Shown here in pieces: positions 12,751 through 24,933 of a DNA stretch of 64,000 nt. The stretch lies in contig NC_058369.1 in assembly GCF_018350175.1 (NCBI RefSeq), forward strand, positions 27,840,001 through 27,904,000, in the 5' to 3' direction. The DNA is from Felis catus (Eukaryota). The notes beneath the pieces are model-generated. The model was not told the DNA's origin. It did not search any database and was given only the letters and a program-made list of their open reading frames with translations. A program made the translations under genes and the position numbers. Each line of letters starts with the position of its first letter. Within the stretch, counting starts at the first letter, position 1.

Positions 12751-13813
12751 TCTGACCTTAGATCTGTTTACTTAAAGAGAAGAAAAAAGATAAGCCATTT
12801 GAAAAGGGAAAGAAATTAAGAGGTTAGCAAAACTTGATAGTTTTGGCAAACGTTATCACGAACATTTGACACACGTTAAAAGAATGAAGACAGATCTTTA
12901 ACAAATTTAATATATCATCTCTACTTGGAGGGTAGGTTTAAATTTGTGTCTACACCACTAGTCATGAAATGAGGGAAAATGACCTGTGTGACTAACGGGG
13001 GCCAAGAAATTGATAAACATTGGTATAACTTGCTGGATGGATAGAAATCTGGTCATTTTCCTCTGGTCTTGCCTTCCTTTCTCCTGGCTTATTTTTACAC
13101 TGATTTTAATGGCTCTTCATTCAACAGTGAAGGTAAGTGAAATGAAACTCTGGAGAGTGATAAGCAGTAACAAAGTAGACAGAGAGATTTTTTAAAATCA
13201 GAATTGCCATTGCTAAGCCCACCATCTAACACATTTTAGTATATATTAGTGATATTTAGAAGAATATCACACTTAAATTTGTTCCTGGGTGAGATTACTG
13301 GAGATAAATGAGATTCTAAAACAGTAACTAAAGGAGTTAATATTCAAACATCTATCCAATAGAGAAATTTAAAATATAGAAGTGGTTTTATACCTACTGA
13401 AACATGAACGACTACTAGGAAACAGGGATTTCATGGGGATTGATATTACAGAATCTAATAGAAATCTGGTATCTTTTTATTGGGATGGAACATGTTTTAT
13501 GGCTCTGAAAATGTCTGAAGTTTTAAATGCCAGACTGGAGACTAAAGACATGAGGTCCAGCCCTGATTTGGAGGTGGGGGTGAGGGCACACTCCAAACCC
13601 ATGAATGTTAAAATCACTTGTGTTCGGCCAAACTTCAAAGATCTCCATGTTTCTGCCCCACTCTGTAAACTTCTACCCTTCCCTTGCTAATGAAATACTG
13701 GGAGAGAAGCAAAAAAAGGGCAAATTTCATTATAATACTTTGAGCCAGACCCCTGCCAGGATGCCTCCAGTCCAGAGGGATGAACTAAGGCATAAGTCAA
13801 TGCAAGAATAGAG

Positions 13814-13815
<2 letters not shown>

Positions 13816-13862
<47 letters not shown>
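13816..13862. repeat. (TG)n microsatellite
   Basis: Directly visible. Confidence 0.98.
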
Positions 13863-13864
<2 letters not shown>

Positions 13865-14899
13865 CCTCTTTCTACATTACAACTTGAACTATGGAGTGTA
13901 TGGCTTATGTCTTAAGCCTCGGATCTATGGGCTGATGGGACAAAAATAAATAAATAAAGGAGGGAAGGTAGGTTATCTGAAGTTGGAAACCTCCTTTGGC
14001 TTATTTCTTTACCTCTTCTTCAGATCTATAAGACTGTCTTGAGGTCTGGGGGGAAGGGGGCAGAGTCACTGACATGACCTACTGTGTAGCAGGTATGACA
14101 GCAACAAAATCTGGCCCATGCTTTGGGCAGAGCACACCCACTATTAACCACCCCTATTGGTACTCCTGCCATGTTTTTTTTTTTTTAAATCTTAAAAGAG
14201 GAAGCTTTTCAAATGACCTAAATCTAAAAATAGGGTAATTCATGCTCATGACTATTTTAAATAGCATCAAAAGGAAAGGAAGGGAAAAAAACCATGCACA
14301 CACACATTTCCATTTTTGTGATTTCCCCCACCCGTGAAAAAAATAGAAAGTACTGTAGCTTGTCATTCAATCTAAAATCAGATTTTGTGCCAGCTGGAAT
14401 CCTATGTCTATTTATTACTGTGCACAGTTTTTACATTAGCTATTTGTTAAAGACTGATTTTGCCACCATTGAGATACAACACAACTGAAGGTCTTTTCAT
14501 GTTATGCCAGAAAGATTCATTCAAGTGGGACCATTTTGGGAGAAATGCTATTAGAGGACAGGTATAGAGAGAGGTACCACTTGGTAACCAATCCAACTGT
14601 ATTTTTGGAGAAATAAAGTTTAAATGTGAGTAAGTGCCTAATGGATTTGGGCCAAGATAGAGACGGAAAAATATCCATGACATTCACCACATGTGAGTAA
14701 CAGTTTCATAAATAAATTAATGCCATTTTAATGTCTGTAACATAGCCAGTCACTTAGTTTCAGAGATACCTGGGGAAGATTGTCTTATAAGAGCAGGATC
14801 TTATACTCTACTTCAGAGAACTGTTCATGTTTGTTCCCTGTGAGAGTTCCAAATTCAAATTCAGTACTTCTCAGCTTAGGCTAAGAATAAGCTTTTTGC

Positions 14900-15140
14900 T
14901 TTTTTTTTTTTTTTTTACTTTCTTAAAGTTTGTATTTACGTATTTTGAGAGAGAGAGTAAGCATGAGCAAGTGTGAGTGAGGGAAGAGCAGAGAGTGAGG
15001 GGGAGAGACAGTATTCCAAGCAGGCTCCACACTGTCAGTGCAGAGCCCAATGCAGACCTTGATCTCATAAACTGCAAGATAACGGCCTGAGGTGAGATCA
15101 AGAGTCTGATGCTTAACTGACTGAGCCACCCAGGCACCCC
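14900..15140 (-). mobile_element. Can-SINE
   Basis: Full SINE; TSD core aagaataag at 14883-14891 and 15141-15149. Confidence 0.95.
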
Positions 15141-17689
15141 AAGAATAAGATTTTAAAATTCACCTTCAAGCTTTTTAAAAAGTAGAGAGTCAAAGTTTTG
15201 GGGCATGGGGCCATACGTCTTTTTAAGTTTTATGGTCTTTCACCAACATAGCTCATAGAATGAGTACAACAGACAACTAATGACTGAATTCAGGTACATC
15301 CCTGAATTCAGGTATACATGCACATGCACATGCAACCAAGCCTGACCTAGGTTTATGGGTCTTACAGGGTTTCATTTCTGTAGGAGCCGTTTCCAGATCA
15401 ACCTCTATTGACAGCAAATCAGGAGAGAGAGGTACAGATACACTCCTCCAACCATAGGATATTTAGGAAGTAGGCACTCCATTAAAAAAAAAGGGCAGGG
15501 AGATACTTTATAAACAGGGAGTGATGTGGAATCAATAGGAAGGAGAAGGAAGGGGAGGGGAGGTCATAAGAGACAGGAAGGAAAGAGGGATGCAAGGAGA
15601 CAGCAAGGGACAGAAGGAAAAGGGAAGCCAGTGAGAAAGTAAATACCTAGCTAAGAATGGAAGAATGGGAAACAAGAAGAAAGTTGTCCAAGTGTCAAAA
15701 AGAGGTAGGACAGTGCCACAAGAGTCAAAAGGTAAAATATTTTCAGAAGAGATGAGCGGATTCCAAAGATGGCACCCACCAATGAAGTCTTCTCTCCCAG
15801 GAACATGTACAAACAAATGAATTCAGCACCTGGGGCTCTGTTGGTAAAGGGTCATATTCTCAAAATGCCTTGAGCGATCAGAAAAATAATGTAAGCCGAA
15901 GATTATAGGTGAGGAGATGCTTGAGAATTAAGCATGGCAACTACTGAAGAGGGAAAACTGTGCAGATCAAACAGCTAAGCCCAGATTCTGTCCCTATAGC
16001 CTGGAGCTAGAAAATCGATTCAGGTATTTGTGAAACACCTATAATACAGTGTTAATCACAAAAGCTGCAGCCACTAGCCTCTCCATGCTTCTTCCCTCTT
16101 CACAGGGAGAGGAGCACAGACATTTCAACATTTGGTAAGAGGTGGAGAGGTTTTACATGAAGGAAACCAGCTCCTATTTCTTTGTCCTGGGAAAGGAAAA
16201 CCAACTCTGAATGACCTGCCAGAGCTTCCCAACTTGGGCACTGGTGGTGGCCTGACGCCTCCAGGGCAGGAGCATAAACAGCCCCAGGATATGTGAGCAA
16301 CTTCTTGGAAGGTAAGAGGGTGACTGTGTCACTAATGTTTTTGAATAGTTCAGGTGTTTGTTTGTTACAGTTCATTACTCGTAGAGTGGTTCAAAATCTA
16401 AATTCATCCACCACCCCCTGCCCCATAGTGTTCTCATTGTGTCCTGTACTTTTCCCCCACAATGCTTCTCATCATTTGTAATAACATATTCATTTGTCAT
16501 GCTTGTTGTCCGTTTCCTCTACTACACTGTCAACTCCCCGAGGTAAAGAACAGAGCCTAGATTCTTCAAACCTGAATCTCCTGCATCTGTCATACACTCA
16601 ATGTGAAATACGTATTTTCCTTGTTGGTCCTTTCCCTGGCAAACAGCAGGAGCCCAATGCATGTTACCTCCTGCTGCTCTTCTGTTATCTGAACACATGT
16701 CCATAGGTGCGAGGCAGGAGGAGGACAGAGAGGCTGGTAACTGGAGAGCCCAACATCAAGGGTATTTCCAGAGCTGTCATGTCTTACATTTCCTGACTGC
16801 TACAGGTATACTAGCATTTATCCTAGCAGAGTCAAAAACCCCATGTTCTTTATCATGCCCAAACCCAAACCCAAACCAAAACCAAACCAAACAAACAAAA
16901 CACCAAAAAAAAAAAAACAAAAAACAAAAAACAAAAAACAAATAGAAAAAGGTCTGTGGAATTAACCAAAACTATTTTTAATTTTAGATTTCAGAACCCC
17001 ACTTCACTACTACTGGAAGCCCATCTAACCCTGTGACTCACATATCATACAACTTAGGGCTGACCTTCCTCCCTTTTCTATCCCAAACCCGCCCAGAGGA
17101 CTGTTTCATTAGTGCTGAGCCACTATCCAATTTCTACCCTTAGAGAAGGTTTGGTTTCAGAGTATGCTCACATGTTCCAAATGACAAACAAGGGCAGGGA
17201 TTATGTTTCTGATAACTCACACATAACTTTGAATATCGTTATTACCCACATGGCAACGTGGAGTTGTGCAGAACAATACACCGACCAATACACCTTAAGG
17301 TGGGGTTCTGTCTCCCCAGGAAGGGTGCCTTTTTCTATGGTGTACAAACATACTCCATGGGTCACTAACAGTCTTGATACCAGAAAAGGGCAAAACTCTA
17401 TAGGATATGGCAAATTAAACCTAATGACTTGGTAAGATGTATTATATCACCTCTGGTTTAATATTTCATTGTTCCAGTTAGAAAAGAAATATTCAGTAGA
17501 AACTATTTTAAATATAGTATCCATTTGGCAGTAGATGAATACGTCCAGGAAGCTGAATTATTCAAATAATTTTCTATTTGAAAATATACAGGTAGTGAGA
17601 AGCAACAAATTATTACATTTCCATTAAATGCACAGAAACAACAAAGTTAATTAAAAAACACAGAAGCAGCTTTCCAAAATGGTAATTGG

Positions 17690-18050
17690 CCTCCCCAGGG
17701 CAGAATAGTTTCCTTTTAAGGAATTCCCACCTGATGCCAGGGCTACCTTGTATCGGTAATTAATGACATTTTAAAAACTGAACTCACTTCTTATTTCTTC
17801 TCACGATGCAAACTGAAGTTGACGAGGGCCAAGAGTCCCCTTGGAACTGAAAATGCATTTTCACAAAAGTTTACACCTGTAATTCCTACTCTGGAAGGGA
17901 TACAATTAGCTAGCAAACTGTCAATCACTTTTGTCTCAGCAATCACGTGACTAGGAGAGGAGGGCTGATGTCATGGTTCAAACGGAGCTCCATCGGGGTA
18001 ATGATACTGATGGAGACAAAGCTAGGAGTAGGTTGCAGAGGTGACTCATG
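17690..18050. promoter_or_regulatory. Candidate enhancer or minus-strand alternative promoter
   Basis: No recognisable repeat; PBX-MEIS decamer TGATTGACAG on the minus strand (17918-17927), E-box TCACGTGA (17943-17950), AP-1 TGACTCA (18042-18048); minus-strand donor GTGAGT at 17787-17782. Confidence 0.35.
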
Positions 18051-20127
18051 TGCCAAGTAGGAATATAAATTTTATCTTTGTCAGGCATGATCTCCTTGTA
18101 ACCAGCAATATCTAAAACTCCTTCAGGAAATCTGACGTCTCTGGATCTGTATGTAAAGGAAAGAAGCTAGAGACTAGAGTCACTTAGTTATATCATTTCA
18201 GACAAGTCAGTCATACTGAGTCAACATCTTTATCTGTAAAATGGGGACAGGAATATAAACCTAATAAGTGTGTTGTACAGATGATAATGTACATAAAGAT
18301 ATAGCCAATGTCTGCACATGTGAGACCCTGAATAAATTTCAATGGAAATAAAAGCAACGGCTACATGTTTATCATATCTTGTGACCCACTGCCCTAGTCA
18401 AACATGATCTTGACCATCCCTGCCTCTACCTCATTATTAATTATGCGGGGCTTTCCAATTGTGGCTTTTTTTTTTTTCCAATTGTGGCTTTCCAATTGTG
18501 TAGCTCGAAGCTCCTAACTTTGTGAGGCAGCATGATTATATCCGTTTTAAAGATAAGAAGACAGAAACTCAGTTCACATTCTTAGTGACTGAGATCAAAG
18601 GTCTTTCACTGTAAAAACCACTTTCTGGCTTGATTACTCCACCATGGTACAGAGGTTTTTTACTCTATGTATCTTCTACTCTTACAATGTTGCAAAGGAA
18701 GTCAAAAGTTATAGTTACCTTATTTAGAGTTTTGCACCATGAAATGTGATTGATGCATTTGTATACAATGTGAACCAATACTATTAAGGGACTAGAGCCC
18801 AGAGAAGGAGCGTTCCACATTATCTGGCTGTGGCTCAGAAAGGGTAGGCTATATGGATTCCGAGTAACAAGAAAACATAGTAAAAAGCCATCTTCTCTCA
18901 GGAGATGAGGGAAAACATTTTTCTTGAGTTCAGCAATGTTTCTCCTAGAAAGAAATTTTCTTGTCTAATAGACAAAACTAGCAAGTTCGAACTAGTTGAC
19001 AACACCTTGCCCAAGGGCGCCATTCACTGGGCAACTTTAACGTGCTTTCAATGATGTAAGTTCCCAGCATGCCTCTGCTCGCAGCATCTTCATGACAACC
19101 TTAAAAGTGTTAGGGTCTGCTATATCCAAGTTTTAAGTAGATACTGAGGCTCAGAGGAAGTGAGTAGTTATACCAGCCAGAGTTGAGCTACGTAAAATCG
19201 AGATAAAACAAGTGGATGGGATACATCCAAGTTGGGGGGATGGGCTCCAGAATGACCCATGAGAAATGCTGCTAGTTCTGCCATTAATAGGGAGGCAGAA
19301 ACTCGGGAAGTCACTGACAGAACCATTCATATCAGAAATATATTGATGAAATGATGAACACGAATCAGAAAGCTACAGTCACAGACACCTCTGGCTTTTA
19401 TGTGAGACACACTAGCAAAAAATATAGATCTTCCATGCTTGCTTTTCAATAGCACTGAAGTTAGAGGCTGGCTGCTATAACACTGATGTTGAAAAACAAA
19501 ATGTTTCCTCCAATATTCTAGCCAGAAGAAACTGTGGAGAATAGAAAAAAAATGGCCTCATTATACAACTCATAGCAAAAAAACCCCCAAATAACCCAAT
19601 ATAAGAATGGGCAAAGGACCTGACAGACATTTTTCAAAAAAGACATACACATGGCCAACAAGTACACAAAAAGATATTCAGCATCACTAATCATCAAAGA
19701 AGCACAAGTCAAAACCACAGTGAGCTATCACCTGACATATATTAGGATGGCTAGTATCAAAAGGCAAGAGATAAATGTTGGTGAGGATGTGAAGAAAAGG
19801 GAACCCTCATACACTGTTGGTGGGAATGCAAACTGGTACAACCACTATGGAAAACAGTATGGAGGTCCCTCAAGAAATTAAAGGTAGAACCACCTTATAC
19901 CTCTAGCTATCCCACTTGTGGATATGTATCCAAAGGAAATAAAAACATTATTTTGAATGGTTCTGGTATCCCAACATTCCCTGAAGGATTATTCATAATA
20001 ACCAGTATCTGAAAACAACCTAAGTGTCTGTGAACAGTTTAATGGATCAAGAAAAATATGGTGTGAAATAATGGGGCATATATATGTACAACTGAACATT
20101 ATTCAGCCCTTAAAATCAAGGAAATCT

Positions 20128-20282
20128 GGGGTGGTTAGGTGGCTCAGCCAGTTAAGCATCTGACTTCAGCTCAGGTCATGATCTCACTTGTGGGTTCGAG
20201 CCCAGCATCAGGCTCTGTGCCGACAGCTCAGAGCCTGGAGCCTGAAACTCTCCCTCTCTCTCTCTCAAAAATAAATAAAACA
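20128..20282 (+). mobile_element. Can-SINE (internally deleted); rest of its tail lies at about 27873-27907
   Basis: ggggtggttaggtggctcagccagttaagc head; TSD aaggaaatct (20118-20127) and aaggaaaatct (27908-27918). Confidence 0.9.
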
Positions 20283-21208
20283 GAAAGAGATCCTGGGAAG
20301 ATAGTGGCGTAGGAGGATGCTGGGCTCACCGCGTGTCCTGCTAATCACTTAGATTCCACCTACACCTGCCTAAATAACCCAGAAAACTGCCAGAAGCCTA
20401 GCAGAAGGGAGTCTCCCGAGCCCAGCGCAGACGAGAAGCCCACGGAAGAGGGTAGGAAGGGCGGACAGGCGGTGTTCGCTCCACGGACTGGCAGGAGGGA
20501 GCCGGGGCGGAGGGGCGGCCCGCCGGCCAAGCAGAGCCCCCGTGTCTGGCTGGCAAAAGCGGAGGGGCCAGACTGAGTGTGTTACGACAGCAAGAGGGAC
20601 TTGACATCTGGAAGGTTATAAGCTAACAGCTCTGCTCAGAGAACGAGAGGGCTGGAGGACAACGGGAGGGAGGGTTGTTGATCCCCAGACGGCAGAGCTC
20701 AGCTTGGCGGGGAACAAAGGCACTCACCAGCGCCATCTCCCTCGCTCACCCCCAGCCAAAATCCCAAAGGGAACCAGTTCCTGCCAGGGAACTTGCCTGC
20801 ACCGTGCAAACACCAAGGCTGTGCTTCTGCGGATCCATCCCTCTGGCGGGTCTGACTCCCTTCCGGTGCAAAGGGCCCCTCCCAAAGCGGATCTCCGAAG
20901 GAAAAGCGAGCTGAGCCTGCCCCTCCTGCCCCTGTGCACCTTGCTGATCCATCCCAGCTAATACACCAGATCCCCAGCACCACAAGCCTGGCAGTGTGCA
21001 AGTAGCCCAGACGGGCCACGCCACCCCACAGTGAATCCCGCCCCTACCACAGGGGAAGAGAAGGCACACACCAGTCTGACTGTGGCCCCAGTGGTGGGCT
21101 GGGGGCAGACACCAGGTCTGACTGCGACCCGGCCCACCAAGGCAAGTTATTCAAGACAGCACAGGGGAAGTGCCCAGCAGTCCCGCACCACTCCAGGGAC
21201 TATCCAAA
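20283..21208 (+). promoter_or_regulatory. L1 5' UTR internal Pol II promoter
   Basis: GC/CpG-rich 926 bp ahead of the ORF1 ATG; tandem GGGGCGG boxes near 20503-20518. Confidence 0.85.
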
Positions 21209-22098
21209 ATGACGAAATGGAAGAATTCCCCTCAGAAAAACGTCCAGGAAATAACAACAGCTAACGAACTGATCAAAAACGATTTAAACAATGTAACAGA
21301 AAGTGAATTTAGAATAACAGTCATAAAATTAATCTTTGGGCTTGAAAACAGTATAAAGGACAGCAGAGAATCTCTTGCTACAGAGATCAAGGGACTAAGG
21401 AACAGCCAGGAGGAGCTAAAAAATGCTATCAACGAGTTGCAAGATAAAATGGAGACAACTATGGCTTGGATTGAAGAGGTAGAGGAGAGAATAGGTGAAC
21501 TAGAAGATAAAATTATGGAAAAAGAAGAAGCTGAGAAAAAGAGAGATAAAAAAATCCAGGAGTATGAGGGGAAAATTAGAGAACTAAGTGATGCACTAAA
21601 GAGAAATAATATACGTATAATTGGTATTCCAGAGGAGGAAGAGAGAGGGAAAGGTGCTGAAGGTGTACTTGAAAAAATCATAGCTGAGAACTTCCCGGAT
21701 CTGGGGAAGGAAAAAGACACTGAAATCCAAGAGGCACAGAGAACTCCCTTCAGACGTAACTTGCATCAATCTTCTGCACGACATATCATAGTGAAACTGG
21801 CAAAATACAAGGATAAAGAGAAAATTCTGAAAGCAGCTAGAGATAAACGTGCTCTAACATATAAAGGGAGGCCCATAAGACTCGTGACCGATCTCTCTAC
21901 TGAAACTTGGCAGGCCAGAAAGGAATGGCAGGAGATCTTCAATGTGATGAACAGAAAAAATATGCAGCCGAGAATCCTTTATCCAGCAAGTCTGTCATTC
22001 ATAATAGAAGGAGAGATAAATGTCTTCCCAAACAAAAACTGAAGGAATTCGTCACCACTAAACCAGCCCTACAAGAGATCCTAAGGGGGATCCTGTGA
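21209..22098 (+). pseudogene. L1 ORF1p (coiled-coil, RRM, CTD), frameshifted near the C-terminus
   Basis: MTKWKNSPQK..KRNNIRIIGIPEEEE..ARHIIVK..YKGRPIRL..ILYPA; frame break at about 22030 (aaac-unit loss), normal end TTKPALQEILRGIL* lies in another frame. Confidence 0.95.
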
Positions 22099-23211
22099 GA
22101 CAAAGTACCAGAGACATCGCTACAAGCATGAAACCTACGGACATCACAATGACTCTAAACTCATATCTTTCTATAATAATACTGAATGTAAATGGACTAA
22201 ATGTGCCAACCAAAAGACATAGGGTATCAGAATGGATAAAAAAACAAGACCCATCTATTTGCTGTCTACAAGAGACTCATTTTAGACCTGAGGACACCTT
22301 CAGATTGAGAGTGAGGGGATGGAGAGCTATTTATCATGCCACTGGAAGTCAAAAGAAAGCTGGAGTAGCCATACTTATATCAGACAAACTAGACTTTAAA
22401 TTAAAGGCTGTAACAAGAGATGAAGAAGGGCATTATATAACAATCACAGGGTCTATCCATCAGGAAAAGCTAACAATTATAAATGTCTATGCACCAAATA
22501 CAGGAGCCCCCAAATATATAAAACAATTACTCACAAACATAAGCAACCTTATTGATAAGAATGTGGTAATTGCAGGGGACTTTGACACTCCACATACAGA
22601 AATGGATAGATCATCTAGACACATGGTCAATAAAGAAACAAGGGCCCTGAATGATACATTGGATCAGATGGACTTGACAGATATATTTAGAACTCTGCAT
22701 CCCAAAGCAACAGAATATACTTTCTTCTCTAGTGCACATGGGACATCCTCCAAGATAGATCACATAATGGGTCACAAAACAGCCCCTCATAAGTATACAA
22801 GAATTGAAATCATACCATGCATACTTTCAGACCACAATGCCATGAAGCTTGAAATCAACCACAGGAAAAAGTCTGGAAAACCTCCAAAAGCATGGAGGTT
22901 AAAGAACACCCTACTAAGGAATGAATGGGTCAACCAGGCAATTAGAGAAGAAATTAAAAAATATATGGAAACAAATGAAAATGAAAATACAACAATCCAA
23001 ACGCTTTGGGATGCAGCGAAGGCAGTCCTGAGAGGAAAATACATTGCAATCCAGGCCTATCTCAAGAAACAAGAAAAATCCCAAATACAAAATCTAACAG
23101 CACACCTAAAGGAAATAGAAGCAGAACAGCAAAGACAGCCTAAACCCAGCAGAAGAAGAGAAATAATAAAGATCAGAGCAGAAATAAACAATATAGAATC
23201 TAAAAAAACTG

Positions 23212-23443
23212 GGGGCGCCTGGGTGGCGCAGTCGGTTAAGCGTCCGACTTCAGCCAGGTCACGATCTCGCGGTCCGTGAGTTCGAGCCCCGCATCAGGCT
23301 CTGGGCTGATGGCTCAGAGCCTGGAGCCTGTTTCCGGTTCTGTGTTTCCCTCTCTCTCTCTGCGCCTCCCCCGTTCATGCTCTGTCTCTCTCTGTCCCAA
23401 AAATAAATAAAAACGTTGAAAAAAAAAATTAAAAAAAAAATAA
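23212..23443 (+). mobile_element. Young Can-SINE (SINEC_Fc) inserted in L1 ORF2
   Basis: Many intact CpGs and long A tail; perfect TSD taaaaaaactg at 23201-23211 and 23444-23454. Confidence 0.97.
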
Positions 23444-23546
23444 TAAAAAAACTGTAGAGCAGATCAACGAAACCAAGAGTTGGTTTTTTGAAAAAATAAA
23501 CAAAATTGACAAACCTCTAGCCAGGCTTCTCAAAAAGAGAAGGGAG

Positions 23547-24933
23547 TGGCACAAAAACAGACACATAGACCAATGGAATAGAATAGAAACCCCAGAACTA
23601 GACCCACAAACGTATGGCCAACTCATCTTTGACAAAGTAGGAAAGAACATCCAATGGAAAAAAGACAGCCTCTTTAACAAATTGTGCTGGGAGAACTGGA
23701 CAGCAACATGCAGAAGGTTGAAACTAGACCACTTTCTCACACCATTCACAAAAATAAACTCAAAATGGATAAAGGACCTAAATGTGAGACAGGAAACCAT
23801 CAAAACCTTAGAGGAGAAAGCAGGAAAAGACCTCTCTGACCTCAGCCGTAGCAATCTCTTACTCGACACATCCCCAAAGGCAAGGGAATTAAAAGCAAAA
23901 GTGAATTACTGGGACCTTATGAAGATAAAAAGCTTCTGCACAGCAAAGGAAACAACCAACAAAACTAAAAGGCAACCAACGGAATGGGAAAAGATATTCG
24001 CAAATGACATATCGGACAAAGGGCTAGTATCCAAAATCTATAAAGAACTCACCAAACTCCACACCTGAAAAACAAATAACCCAGTGAAGAAATGGGCAGA
24101 AAACATGAATAGACACTTCTCTAAAGAAGACATCCGGATGGCCAATAGGCACATGAAAAGATGTTCAGCGTCGCTCCTTATCAGGGAAATACAAATCAAA
24201 ACCACACTCAGGTATCACCTCACGCCAGTCAGAGTGGCCAAAATGAACAAATCAGGAGACTATAGATGCTGGAGAGGATGTGGAGAAACGGGAACCCTCT
24301 TGCACTGTTGGTGGGAATGCAAATTGGTGCAGCCGCTCTGGAAAGCAGTGTGGAGGTTCCTCAGAAAATTAAAAATAGACCTACCCTATGACCCAGCAAT
24401 AGCACTGCTAGGAATTTATCTAAGGGATACAGGAGTACTGATGCATAGGGCCACTTGTACCCCAATGTTCATAGCAGCACTCTCAACAATAGCAAAATTA
24501 TGGAAAGAGCCTCAATGTCCATCAACTGATGAATGGATAAAGAAATTGTGGTTTATATACACAATGGAATATTACGTGGCAATGAGAAAAAATGAAATAT
24601 GGCCTTTTGTAGCAACGTGGATGGAACTGGAGACTGTGATGCTAAGTGAAATAAGTCATACAGAGAAAGACAGATACCATATGGTTTCACTCTTATGTGG
24701 ATCTTGAGAAACTTAACAGGAACCCATAGGGGAGGGGAAGGAAAAAAAAAAAAGAGGTTAGAGTGGGAGAGAGCCAAAGCATAAGAGACTCTTAAAAACT
24801 GAGAACAAACTGAGGGGTGATGGGGGGTGGGAGGGAGGAGAGGGTGGGTGATGGGTATTGAGGAGGGCACCTTTTGGGATGAGCACTGGGTGTTGTATGG
24901 AAACCAATTTGTCAATAAATTTCATATAAAAAA
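23547..24933 (+). mobile_element. 5'-truncated felid L1 (1.39 kb) inserted in host L1 ORF2
   Basis: Begins abruptly at [15 protein letters not shown] sequence and ends with 3' UTR, AATAAA and A-run; TSD aaaaagagaagggag (23532-23546) and aaaaagaaaaggtag (24934-24948); host ORF2 resumes afterwards. Confidence 0.93.

Noticed and set aside
13115..13138. Plus-strand microexon-like cag|TGAAG|gtaagt
   Set aside because: 5 nt, not frame-preserving, with no partner exons; expected by chance in 64 kb.
20398..21140. Overlapping ORFs in the GC-rich L1 5' UTR (possible ORF0 analogue or host CpG-island promoter)
   Set aside because: Stop-poor GC-rich DNA yields such ORFs, most with non-ATG starts; the CpG richness is explained by the L1 UTR.
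23212..23290. tRNA-like A-box and B-box (tggcgcagtcgg / gagttcgagccc)
   Set aside because: This is the tRNA-derived SINE head followed by (CT)n and an A-tail, not a tRNA gene.
24814..24855. G-quadruplex-forming G-runs (also near 27720 and 34104)
   Set aside because: Known standard feature of L1 3' UTRs.
23547..24933. Possible assembly duplication of the L1 3' end
   Set aside because: The copy has its own A-tail and TSD, the host ORF2 resumes in register, and many substitutions separate the two copies.
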